IMG/VR virus record: IMGVR_UViG_3300024520_000003 | Coordinates: 6,745 to 70,744 of that record | Source: a virus | Length of the DNA: 64,000 bases | Reading direction: 5' to 3' (one strand) | In this document: positions 55,701 through 64,000 of the stretch, piece after piece | Numbering within the stretch: the stretch's first letter is position 1 | Layout of the letters: every line of letters begins with the position of its first letter | Made by a program: the position numbers and the translations under genes | Notes under the pieces: model-generated | Told to the model about the DNA's origin: nothing | The model's database searches: none | Seen by the model: the letters and a program-made list of their open reading frames with translations, nothing else

Positions 55701-56334
55701 ACAGAATTTCCACTACTTCGCCATCCGATACTCGGCCCTGGTGTTGTTTTCTTATTACCCTGGACACTCCCTCAAATTTCTCAAACTGACCTTCGGTGAG
55801 TCTAATATTTGCCGCATGGGGAGATCCCCCTCCGGGGCTATCAAAATCATCCAGAGGCTCAATTTCTGCCGGTGTCCAGTCTGCCTCAAGTAAAGGCTCA
55901 AGCTCGTCTGCGCTAAACCCGAGATCCATCGAATCAAAAAGCTCAGTCAGATCACCAAGCTCCTGTCCTAATTTTTGCAAATCCCAGTCAGAAAGCTCTG
56001 CCGATCTATTATCTGCTATCTTAAATCCCCTGGCCTTATTCTCCTGCTCCTGCCCCGGTGCCTTGAAACGAACTGCGGCTATGTGAGTCCACCCAAGTGA
56101 TTTGATTGCAGCGTCGAGAGTTCCATTTCCAGCAATTACTACCCCGTCCTTGACGACCACTGGCTTCTGTTGCCCGAACTCCCTAAGAGAGGACGCTATC
56201 GCATCAACGCTTCTCTTGTCGTGAAGTCGCACATTTGAAGGATCAACGGACACGCTTTGAATTGGAATTGTTAGTTTTTCCAAGTCAGGACTGCCTGCCC
56301 AAATCATTTCTGGTTTCTTTTCTGCCACTGTCAT
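55672..56334 (-). CDS. ParB/Srx-like N-terminal domain protein
   Basis: NVRLH...IASSLREFGQQKPVVV...VIAGNG...IADNRSAELSDWD. Confidence 0.85.
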   Translation of the reverse strand: MTVAEKKPEMIWAGSPDLEKLTIPIQSVSVDPSNVRLHDKRSVDAIASSLREFGQQKPVVVKDGVVIAGNGTLDAAIKSLGWTHIAAVRFKAPGQEQENKARGFKIADNRSAELSDWDLQKLGQELGDLTELFDSMDLGFSADELEPLLEADWTPAEIEPLDDFDSPGGGSPHAANIRLTEGQFEKFEGVSRVIRKQHQGRVSDGEVVEILCEKYLESSE

Positions 56335-56894
56335 CTCACTCCCTCCGTTGCCAACCTTAGAAACTCCTCCCGAGCACCAGGATTATCCATAATCGCCCCC
56401 CTTAAAGAGCTTGTCGTTGTCATGCTTCCCGGTTTCCTGACTCCACGCATAGACATGCAGAGGTGCTCTGCTTGCAACAGAACCCCGACTCCAACCGCGC
56501 CCAAACGCTCCTCAAGAAAGTCTGCCACCTGATTTGTAAGATATTCCTGAGTCTGCGGCCTCAAGGCGAACCTATCGACAACTCTTGCCAATTTGCTGAT
56601 TCCGCAAATCTTTCCATTTGGGTTGGGAATATAGCCCACCGCAGCCTTACCAGAAAATGGAAGAAGGTGATGCTCGCAAAAGGAATAGAACTGAATGTTA
56701 TTCACAATGACCATTTGATCAGTCCCGTTTGCGGGAAATGTACTGAAGCTCACATCCTGACGCTCCTTAAACTCTTTGAACATTTTTGCCACTCGTTCAG
56801 GAGTTTTTCTAATTCCCTCTTCTTTGGATGGATCGCGCCCAAATTCCCGCAACAGGGATTCTACCGCCTCTTCAACTTTAGACATTTTCTTCAC
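56331..56894 (-). CDS. folE: GTP cyclohydrolase I
   Basis: TPERVA, CEHHLLPF, GISKLAR, QTQE, HLCMSMRG. Confidence 0.95.
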   Translation of the reverse strand: MKKMSKVEEAVESLLREFGRDPSKEEGIRKTPERVAKMFKEFKERQDVSFSTFPANGTDQMVIVNNIQFYSFCEHHLLPFSGKAAVGYIPNPNGKICGISKLARVVDRFALRPQTQEYLTNQVADFLEERLGAVGVGVLLQAEHLCMSMRGVRKPGSMTTTSSLRGAIMDNPGAREEFLRLATEGVR

Positions 56895-57579
56895 TCAACC
56901 TAACAATTAAAGGGTCCTTGATTCCTGCATCCGTGAATCCCCTATCCCTAAGAAGACAAGCGTGACACTTCCCACACGGAGGAACCTTTCCATCGTAGCA
57001 GGTGTGACTATATGAAAGAGCATCGAGACATCCCGGTATTTCCACAGCGAGGTCAACGGACTCCTTTTTTGAAAGGTTCATAAGGGGGGTGTGGATCTTA
57101 AAATGTCCCGATTTTCCAGTAATCCCAAGACCAAGAGCGTTCTCCATAGCATCTATGAACTCTCTGCGGCAATCAGGATACCCCCCAAAATCCTCTTCGC
57201 AGACACCAGTTACCAAGTTCAGTGCCCCATGAACGGCAGCGCGATTGGCGGCGATTGTTAGAAAAAGAATATTTCTTGCAGGAACAAATGTCGGCTCAAT
57301 TCCACCGGGAAGACTTTCGGCGTCTTCGTATTTTCCAAGGGGGTTATCCGAGACCAATGGTGATGTTCCTGTAAGAACTTTTTTCAGGTCAATGTGCTCA
57401 TACGAGACCTCAGCCATGGTCGCAATCTTTCGCGCAGCGTTGATTTCAACTGCGTGCTTCTGTCCGTACCCGATTGAAACTGCATGAACTTTTGTGAACC
57501 TTTTTTTTGCCCAATAAAGGCATGTGGTTGAGTCCTGTCCACCGCTAAGAAGCACCACCGCAACATTATCTTTCATCAA
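56878..57579 (-). CDS. queC: 7-cyano-7-deazaguanine synthase
   Basis: SGGQDS, YGQKH, VPARN, YPDCR, CY...CGKCHAC. Confidence 0.95.
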   Translation of the reverse strand: MMKDNVAVVLLSGGQDSTTCLYWAKKRFTKVHAVSIGYGQKHAVEINAARKIATMAEVSYEHIDLKKVLTGTSPLVSDNPLGKYEDAESLPGGIEPTFVPARNILFLTIAANRAAVHGALNLVTGVCEEDFGGYPDCRREFIDAMENALGLGITGKSGHFKIHTPLMNLSKKESVDLAVEIPGCLDALSYSHTCYDGKVPPCGKCHACLLRDRGFTDAGIKDPLIVRLSEENV

Positions 57580-58280
57580 TCGACTCCTATAGTTTTATGA
57601 GTTTGAACGCTTATGCGCCATTTCGGGTTGGTCCAAACGAATTCCAGCGCAAGGCCAGTAGACCCAGGGGTTCCATCGCAAGGCTGTACCCAGAAATCCA
57701 CATCGGAACGAGAAAAACTCTCAAATTTCCCGTATGAAAGAGGATCGTACTGAGGATAGACAACCTTAACTTCATTAGCCCACTTAAAGGAAGTGCCCAT
57801 CTTCTCAACAGGAACCTTGGGTGAAACTGTGATCCAAACCCCATCGCGAGGTTCAAATGGTAGATCCTGAGTTCCATTGGTTTCAAAAGCAACCACTCGA
57901 AACAGACCTAGCAAATCCTCAACGAAATCGTCATCTGCCTGTAAAAGAGGCTCGCCTCCCGTGACAAAGCATAAATGAGGAACTTGACCACGAATCTTGG
58001 ACTTTATTTCTTTGCGAATTTCGGGCAGTGTCATCGAAACCCCACCCACGAAATCGGTATCACAGAACATAGGACACAGTGATTCAGTCCTAATAGCATC
58101 CCGCTCCCGGTCGTCCTCTCGCCCGTTCCATAGATTACACCCAGCCAACCTAAGAAGAATGGCGGGAGTTCCTGTAAATGAACCCTCACCCTGGATTGTA
58201 TAGAGAATTTCTTTTACGCGATATGTCGACTCACTACTCATAACCACTTCCATAGTCTGCCCAGCAATTAGGAGTCTCAT
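57576..58280 (-). CDS. queE: 7-carboxy-7-deazaguanine synthase (radical SAM)
   Basis: TIQGEG, GCNLW...CDTDF, TGGEPLLQ, ETNGT, VSPK, QTHK. Confidence 0.92.
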   Translation of the reverse strand: MRLLIAGQTMEVVMSSESTYRVKEILYTIQGEGSFTGTPAILLRLAGCNLWNGREDDRERDAIRTESLCPMFCDTDFVGGVSMTLPEIRKEIKSKIRGQVPHLCFVTGGEPLLQADDDFVEDLLGLFRVVAFETNGTQDLPFEPRDGVWITVSPKVPVEKMGTSFKWANEVKVVYPQYDPLSYGKFESFSRSDVDFWVQPCDGTPGSTGLALEFVWTNPKWRISVQTHKTIGVD

Positions 58281-58665
58281 ACAGTCTAACGTGGGTCACT
58301 TGAACTGGGTGGTCACTAAGAAGGTCATTCGATTTCACGAATAGTTCCTTAGCCATGTTCTCTGCTGTTGGATTGCCATTCATTTGATAGATCTTCCAAT
58401 CGTTTTCTTCACAGACCTGAATCAATACACCATCATCACTATTTACAACAGTTCCATGATCCCAATAACTATCAATCCATCCACCGATAACAGTCTTTAA
58501 CACAGAAAAATCTATTACACGTCCAAGTTCATCAAGTCCATCAACTGCGTGAGCAGTGATTTCGGCTGTATAGCGATGACCGTGAAGGTGTCGGCACTTT
58601 GACTCGTGCCTCATGACCCTATGGGCAGAATCAAATCCAATCTTTCGAGTACATGTGCTTGGCAT
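58234..58665 (-). CDS. queD: 6-carboxytetrahydropterin synthase
   Basis: FDSAH, CRHLHGH, IDF, DH, PTAENMA, ETP. Confidence 0.93.
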   Translation of the reverse strand: MPSTCTRKIGFDSAHRVMRHESKCRHLHGHRYTAEITAHAVDGLDELGRVIDFSVLKTVIGGWIDSYWDHGTVVNSDDGVLIQVCEENDWKIYQMNGNPTAENMAKELFVKSNDLLSDHPVQVTHVRLYETPNCWADYGSGYE

Positions 58666-58695
58666 TATGTCGTGCTCCTACAGAATCACACTCTG

Positions 58696-59031
58696 TCACG
58701 GTTTCCTATCCGAATCAATAGACTTTGAAACGTCCCTGTTGAATTCATACTCGTCCATGTTCCCGCAGACATACTTGGCGACGTTAGCCCATAACCATGC
58801 AAGCTTCATCCTGCACCAGTCCAACGAAGGAACTCCCCTATCATGGTGTGACGAGTGACACAACCGACACAACGGAATCACCATACTGTCAGGATTCTTC
58901 AATCCCATTCCCCTGGAACCAACATGGTGAGCGTCTGATGGGCCTTTCCCGCAATAAGAACAAGGAAGCCCCCGTATTACCACGAGCCAATCCTTATCCT
59001 TCATCCATTTTTCATATTTAGGCATCTTCAT
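58696..59031 (-). CDS. DUF968/Ref-like zinc-binding (HNH-like) protein
   Basis: PCSYCG...DAHH...PLCRLCH...H. Confidence 0.7.
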   Translation of the reverse strand: MKMPKYEKWMKDKDWLVVIRGLPCSYCGKGPSDAHHVGSRGMGLKNPDSMVIPLCRLCHSSHHDRGVPSLDWCRMKLAWLWANVAKYVCGNMDEYEFNRDVSKSIDSDRKP

Positions 59032-59314
59032 TCACCCTGTCTGCCCTTGCAAGCATCCTTTCCACTATTTTTTCAGCAATCTGGTCCGGGGGGAGTCCTT
59101 CCCTTTGACTTCTTATTATTTCCAATTCCGTCACGCATATCGTGAGGCGTTTTCCTTTTGACTTTCCTGGCCCTACCGAAAGAAAAATCTCACCACATTC
59201 AGTATATTCTGCCTCAACGATAACCCCAGCCGAGCAGAGGATTTCGTGTATCTTTTTCGATGCACACGCCAGAACGATGTCAACGCCCCCGATTCTATTT
59301 TTTTGGTGTTCCAC
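59018..59314 (-). CDS. hypothetical protein
   Basis: ORF in an overlapping gene chain. Confidence 0.45.
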   Translation of the reverse strand: MEHQKNRIGGVDIVLACASKKIHEILCSAGVIVEAEYTECGEIFLSVGPGKSKGKRLTICVTELEIIRSQREGLPPDQIAEKIVERMLARADRVNEDA

Positions 59315-59924
59315 GAGCGCAAAGCCTATCTATGATTTTTTGACGATAAGGGGATTCCTTGGACACTTCCAACTGATTTAGAATGGCTTCATCCTTATAG
59401 ACTGCTCCAGGTTCCGATTCATTGCTTTCCTTAAAGATCCCCCCATCACTTCTAACGATTTCAGCACCTATTCCATCCTTATCAACAAATCTCTTGTGGA
59501 GCTTTGCCATGTAGATGGTCTGCTTGTAAGACGGAAACCATGGTATCTCAGCAACTCCGCACTCACTTAACGCTCTTTCGCAGTCAATCACGAAGTCCCA
59601 CGCATTTCGACTCCAGTGTTTGATCTTTTGAATAACGCTTTTCTCAGATAACTCCCTAAGCATTATCCCGTTTTCCCTGCTGCTTGATATGGGTGTTTCA
59701 AACTGCCATGAACCACCGCGGCCATCTTCATTGGTCCTCCAATAGCAGTACTCGACATCCTTACCGTTGATTCTGAGAGCGGACATTGATCCATTCTCAA
59801 GCAAATCACTTTCAAGTATTGAACTCCAGTGCAGAATCGCAGATTCTTCACTCTCAAACCAAGCTCGATTGACCATCGACCCAGCGGACCACACTACTAT
59901 TTCAAACGTTCTATCCATCTCCAA
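59295..59924 (-). CDS. hypothetical protein
   Basis: 209-aa ORF in an overlapping gene chain. Confidence 0.55.
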   Translation of the reverse strand: MEMDRTFEIVVWSAGSMVNRAWFESEESAILHWSSILESDLLENGSMSALRINGKDVEYCYWRTNEDGRGGSWQFETPISSSRENGIMLRELSEKSVIQKIKHWSRNAWDFVIDCERALSECGVAEIPWFPSYKQTIYMAKLHKRFVDKDGIGAEIVRSDGGIFKESNESEPGAVYKDEAILNQLEVSKESPYRQKIIDRLCARGTPKK

Positions 59925-60282
59925 CTCCCTTTCCCGCGAGAAAATCCCCGCATATTAGCTCAAGCGCCCTTGAACACGATAATGAACTCTCCTCTGGCAT
60001 CCCAGAGACTCCTTTGACCTTCCTAAGTGCCCTGTGAACTATCTCTCTTTGCGAAACCGTAAGCCTGACTTGGAAAGACACCCATGGATCGTCCTCCGAG
60101 TGTCCAATTGCGGCTAGATCTTGAGGCAAATCTTCAGTGACGTACATGACCCCGTCCTCCAAAATATCACACCCAACAAGAAACCTTTCAGAGCACCCTG
60201 AACACCGAACAACTATGCTTTTTCCACGCGAGCCTGTCGGTGACATCCCAACCACGCCACATGACCGACACACCAAATCCAC
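59911..60282 (-). CDS. zinc-finger protein with possible ribbon-helix-helix C-terminus
   Basis: CRSC...CSGC; FQVRLTVSQREIV...RALELICGDFLAG. Confidence 0.55.
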   Translation of the reverse strand: MDLVCRSCGVVGMSPTGSRGKSIVVRCSGCSERFLVGCDILEDGVMYVTEDLPQDLAAIGHSEDDPWVSFQVRLTVSQREIVHRALRKVKGVSGMPEESSLSCSRALELICGDFLAGKGVGDG

Positions 60283-60701
60283 TAAGCGTACCTATTCTCA
60301 ATGACTAACCCTTGTTCAATTGACCAGTTATACGCTTCCTCGAATGTCTTAAAAACACCCAGCCACCTTCCAGGAAACCCATCAACTGCAACGACAGAGA
60401 ACCTGTTTTCCATTATTCGGTCGACTGTTACATTTTTCACTGAATCAGGTATCTGGGACTCGACTTTCATTTTAGAAGTCATGTCAATTCTATCTTTCAT
60501 TGAATCAATTGAAACAACTCTAAGAGGCGTGGGTATCCTTCCAATGCTATAAGATTGTGATTCAGGGCACAGTGAGTAGCTATAAGAATCGCTTTCCATT
60601 GTTGGTGTAATCTTTACCACTGAACCAGTTGATTCTATTACGATTTGAACGTCGTTACCCTCGAATGAAATGGTAACTGGTTTTTCACTATCTAAGATCA
60701 T
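60282..60701 (-). CDS. hypothetical protein
   Basis: 139 aa, abuts the primase-helicase gene. Confidence 0.55.
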   Translation of the reverse strand: MILDSEKPVTISFEGNDVQIVIESTGSVVKITPTMESDSYSYSLCPESQSYSIGRIPTPLRVVSIDSMKDRIDMTSKMKVESQIPDSVKNVTVDRIMENRFSVVAVDGFPGRWLGVFKTFEEAYNWSIEQGLVIENRYA

Positions 60702-62486
60702 CTAGTTGTCTCCTGCTGCGAACATTTTATAGTCAACACCGTACCCGTCATTGGTGTCATCAACTAACCCAAGGGAAGATTCACTGAATTTGCAAGTCAT
60801 TCTTGCGGGAATTGCAACGGTATTCCCTGTCCAGCGTCTTTTCTCCACCCTAAGGATCTTCTTTTTGGTCTTTTGATCCTCTGGGTCAACTATCAAAATA
60901 TTATAGGCCAGTTGCTTGATTTTTGACGATCCACGAATGTCACCCATACGGATTCTTCTGGGACTTCCTTTCTTGTCAATTGACTCAACCTTGTTGGGAT
61001 GTGCTCCCAGTATCCCATGGACGTGGAATTTGCTTACCAGTGAGTCAAATGCCATGACTGCCTGATTTATCGCTCTGAGATCGTCGACATCCATAACGAC
61101 ATAATCAAGGTGGTCCACACTAAGAACCCCAACACCGTGTCTTCTTGCACAGTATTCAAGCATCCCACCAAGTTCATCCATACTGACATAGCCTTTCTTC
61201 GGGACTATAAATGCTTGACTTCCAAGGTTTTTTATTCTCCCGGGTGCTTCTTTTTTGTCCTCGGCACTCATCTTATGGACACTTTCACCAAGGATCTGAC
61301 TTGCCCACCGAATAGCAACTTCGTGAGGGTGTAACTCAAGACAGGCAAGCATCACTCCTACGCCGTTTTTCACTAAATTAGTGCCTAGACCCATTTGAGT
61401 GACTGTCTTCCCTGCACCAGTGTCACCACTAACGACAGTCCATTCACTTCTTCTTAACCCGCCGAGAATTAGATCCAAGTCATAAAGACCCGTTGACCAA
61501 CCCTTATTAAGCGCACCGCCTTCTGAAACAGCGGCGTCGAGGGCATCGACCAGGGATATTACTTGTCCCATTCCCATTGCAACCGCAGTGTCCACCGCCG
61601 CAAGGACCTCTTTTTCAAGTCCAGCGCACAGACATTCGTTTGCGTCCTTTTGAGGAAGGTTCACCCGATAGCATCTGTAGGGACCAAGGGACTCTGCAAC
61701 TTTCCTAGCGCCTGAGTTTCCTGACTTATCCATATCAGTGCAGATATAGATATCGTCCACCTTTTCAAGCATTGCCTTGATTTCATCTGGGATATGACCC
61801 GCCCCAGCGGGAAGGCTCACTGCTGGGGTAAGACCCATACACTCGAGACTAATCGCATCGAGTTCACCCTCTGCGATATAAACGCGCTTCCATTCACCAA
61901 TAAGACTGTCAAGGTTATACAAAGGTGAAGGACAGTCAGAAACCCGCTGAAACGACTTTTCTCCCTCCATGGACCTGTATTTTATAAGAACGGTCTTTCC
62001 TTCAGATATGTATGGAATTGAAAGCCAACGACGACCTCCCTTGGTAACCATTCCGAGTTGATACCTATCTATTGCTTCCTCGGGTATGGACCTTGATTCA
62101 GTAAGCCACTTGAGTGAGTACTCGTCCTCTTTTAGGTTTCTCACCCACTTTTTCTGTTTTTCATCATGCCCCTTCAGTTTCTCAGGTTGCTTTGGCATCC
62201 TTATCTGGTTGCTCAGTTTTATATCCAACCCGTCTGTTTTCGCCATTGGGGAAATTGGAATAAGATCACCAAGTCTTTTTTTCAGCAGATATAGATTTCC
62301 TCGCTCCTGACAGTCGTTACAGATGAAAACCCCTGTTTCATCGCAGATATAGAACCTGCGTTTTTCCTTAGTGGTAACCGCATCACATATCGGACAGTCA
62401 AGGACATAGTTGACCTTTCCCTTAATGCGTTGCTTTTGCTTTATTTCCCAGCCTTTGCTTTCGATGTAGTCGAGTACCTTGGACAT
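60702..62486 (-). CDS. bifunctional primase-helicase (T7 gp4/Twinkle-like)
   Basis: CPIC...CNDC zinc finger, TOPRIM AEGELDA and DMD, KDANE, Walker A GDTGAGKT, DHL, HP, IRGSSKIKQLA. Confidence 0.92.
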   Translation of the reverse strand: MSKVLDYIESKGWEIKQKQRIKGKVNYVLDCPICDAVTTKEKRRFYICDETGVFICNDCQERGNLYLLKKRLGDLIPISPMAKTDGLDIKLSNQIRMPKQPEKLKGHDEKQKKWVRNLKEDEYSLKWLTESRSIPEEAIDRYQLGMVTKGGRRWLSIPYISEGKTVLIKYRSMEGEKSFQRVSDCPSPLYNLDSLIGEWKRVYIAEGELDAISLECMGLTPAVSLPAGAGHIPDEIKAMLEKVDDIYICTDMDKSGNSGARKVAESLGPYRCYRVNLPQKDANECLCAGLEKEVLAAVDTAVAMGMGQVISLVDALDAAVSEGGALNKGWSTGLYDLDLILGGLRRSEWTVVSGDTGAGKTVTQMGLGTNLVKNGVGVMLACLELHPHEVAIRWASQILGESVHKMSAEDKKEAPGRIKNLGSQAFIVPKKGYVSMDELGGMLEYCARRHGVGVLSVDHLDYVVMDVDDLRAINQAVMAFDSLVSKFHVHGILGAHPNKVESIDKKGSPRRIRMGDIRGSSKIKQLAYNILIVDPEDQKTKKKILRVEKRRWTGNTVAIPARMTCKFSESSLGLVDDTNDGYGVDYKMFAAGDN

Positions 62487-63158
62487 CTACTCGACCTCTT
62501 TTGTTTTCATAATCTCTCTGGACATTTCCTCGAGTTCATCGGTGCTTTTTGCGTCAGGTGGTGTTTCTTCAAACGGTCTTTGTTTTGATCCCAGATCTGT
62601 GTCCCGATCTCCACCACCAACAAGCCTTTGGGCAAATCCAATAGGGCACACCATTCCCTCTGGAAAAACCCAAAGGTGGTACTGGTTTGATGTGTCAACA
62701 AGGTTGCTTTCTGCGGGGTAGACCTGAAGACCGAACCTCTCGTCGCCACAAAGCTCATTCTTGATCCGCTGAAAGTCTCGCCAGTCATGGCAGGACTCTT
62801 TGTCTCTCCGCTTGATACTTAGCCATGAAAGACTTACGCCTGTATCCTGAAGCATTGGGACATTCTCATACTTGATAACTTGATAACGACTGTTGATCCA
62901 ACATGTTACCTCGTCGGGGTCCATTGAATCATGAGGTGTTGAAACCGCCTTACCCGCTGCCGTGTCTGGCAGTTTTGCTTGCTTAAACGATGTCCACGGA
63001 ACCATTTCAGGTGGAAGGGTTGCCATTTGCTCACCCTTCACTTCCATGACCATAGATCCATCGCCCTTAACGTAGATCGTTATATCCTCTTCGGTTATAT
63101 CCTCTTTGAGTTGTCTTTTTTCAGCCCTTCTGAGCTTTGATTTCTTTCCCATTTTCAT
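62487..63158 (-). CDS. conserved phage hypothetical protein
   Basis: LSIKRRD...DWRDFQRIKNELCG...YPAESNLVDTSNQYHLWV motif. Confidence 0.7.
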   Translation of the reverse strand: MKMGKKSKLRRAEKRQLKEDITEEDITIYVKGDGSMVMEVKGEQMATLPPEMVPWTSFKQAKLPDTAAGKAVSTPHDSMDPDEVTCWINSRYQVIKYENVPMLQDTGVSLSWLSIKRRDKESCHDWRDFQRIKNELCGDERFGLQVYPAESNLVDTSNQYHLWVFPEGMVCPIGFAQRLVGGGDRDTDLGSKQRPFEETPPDAKSTDELEEMSREIMKTKEVE

Positions 63159-63369
63159 CTCCTAGATAATCAAGTTGGTTATGAAATCCATCAAACGGCG
63201 AAAATCTAACGCACGCTTGATCATTTCCTTTTTTCAGTGGTAGGTTCGGTTTATCAAAAACACACGCCATCCCATGCTTTCCTTGCCTATAGAAGCACCA
63301 CGCGCACGTTGCAACTTCAGGCCCGATTCCACGGATTTCATGCGGTGATTTTTTCGGTTTCCTAGCCAT
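63121..63369 (-). CDS. small Cys-rich hypothetical protein
   Basis: CAWC...C...CVRF. Confidence 0.5.
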   Translation of the reverse strand: MARKPKKSPHEIRGIGPEVATCAWCFYRQGKHGMACVFDKPNLPLKKGNDQACVRFSPFDGFHNQLDYLGDENGKEIKAQKG

Positions 63370-63607
63370 TCAACGCACTTCTCCACATTTCCTCTAAATC
63401 CACTTCACTCATTTCACTGTGCCAAGGTAGAACCCTGAACTCCCAATCGCGACGAGTTCTTTTTAGTGATCGAATCCGACGCCGAGCAGAATCACTATCG
63501 TAGAACACAGAATATCCACTGTAGTAAGGTGCCACCATCGTAGTCTTGCTTACTTTGTGCCTCATCATCACGAAAAACAGTTGATTGAATTTGTTAAATA
63601 AACTCAT
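63362..63607 (-). CDS. hypothetical protein
   Basis: ATGA coupling in the gene chain. Confidence 0.5.
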   Translation of the reverse strand: MSLFNKFNQLFFVMMRHKVSKTTMVAPYYSGYSVFYDSDSARRRIRSLKRTRRDWEFRVLPWHSEMSEVDLEEMWRSALNG

Positions 63608-63969
63608 TCAGACACCTCCAGCCGACGAGATATAATGTCAGAAGCGCCCTCTATGGCCCGGTCTATGCCGTCAAGGCGTTCGAGTGTCGACATTTCCAAG
63701 CTATCAACCAAGTCGTCTAGAAAAAAGATTGCCATCACCCTATATTTTGCAGGGGTGGATATGAGTCGGACCATTCTTTGATCAATCAAAACCCAAAGAC
63801 CCCTTTCATCCTCATTATTTGAACGAGACCAATGTAACGACACGTCGTTCATTTTCACTGAAACCGTTGTGTCTGGGAATCGTTCTCGCAAACTCCCCTC
63901 AACCAACACGATCTGCTTGGTGAGCACATCCATTTTTTCCCTGAATCCGACAGTCACTTCACTCATCAC
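63604..63969 (-). CDS. hypothetical protein
   Basis: GGAGGTG RBS, 121 aa. Confidence 0.55.
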   Translation of the reverse strand: MMSEVTVGFREKMDVLTKQIVLVEGSLRERFPDTTVSVKMNDVSLHWSRSNNEDERGLWVLIDQRMVRLISTPAKYRVMAIFFLDDLVDSLEMSTLERLDGIDRAIEGASDIISRRLEVSE

Positions 63970-64000
63970 TCACCTCCTTCATTGGTTGAGGCCCTGAATC

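Noticed and set aside
1-64000. CRISPR array, DGR/retron reverse transcriptase, introns, inteins, IS elements, stop-codon reassignment
   Set aside because: No spaced direct repeats, RT motif or transposase seen by eye. Terminase, helicases and capsid look uninterrupted and genes tile densely under the standard code. A computational scan could still find subtle cases.

Overview
This window is a 64-kb piece of a tailed dsDNA phage with a contractile tail (myovirus), and essentially all credible genes lie on the minus strand. In transcription order (right to left) it holds: a primase-helicase and small hypothetical genes; a 7-deazaguanine DNA-modification cluster (queD, queE, queC, folE, ParB-like, DpdA-like); RuvC and a lytic transglycosylase; an accessory fibre/lectin cassette; the terminase; a lysis cassette; an A511/K-like portal; a ~11-kb head-cargo block; protease, scaffold, major capsid, neck, sheath, tube, chaperones, tape measure, baseplate and fibre genes; then a strong sigma70-type promoter, a ~460-nt structured non-coding leader and an early region ending in a MoxR AAA/VWA pair. 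The most striking feature is the cargo block. Its proteins are mosaics (topoisomerase IB, Strawberry-notch-like helicase, Cys-His-Asp module, MuF) separated by repeated leaders ending in [ILVM]-x-K-[ASG], the motif that saturates the scaffold, and followed by repeated Gly/Tyr/Lys tags. This suggests polyproteins packaged into the head, cut by the prohead protease and injected. Other highlights are the structured leader RNA, a 10-mer GGAGCACGAC in front of five start codons, a CFI-box-like C-terminus on the tape measure protein and an atypical QueE cysteine motif. All calls come from motifs read by eye; no database search was run.
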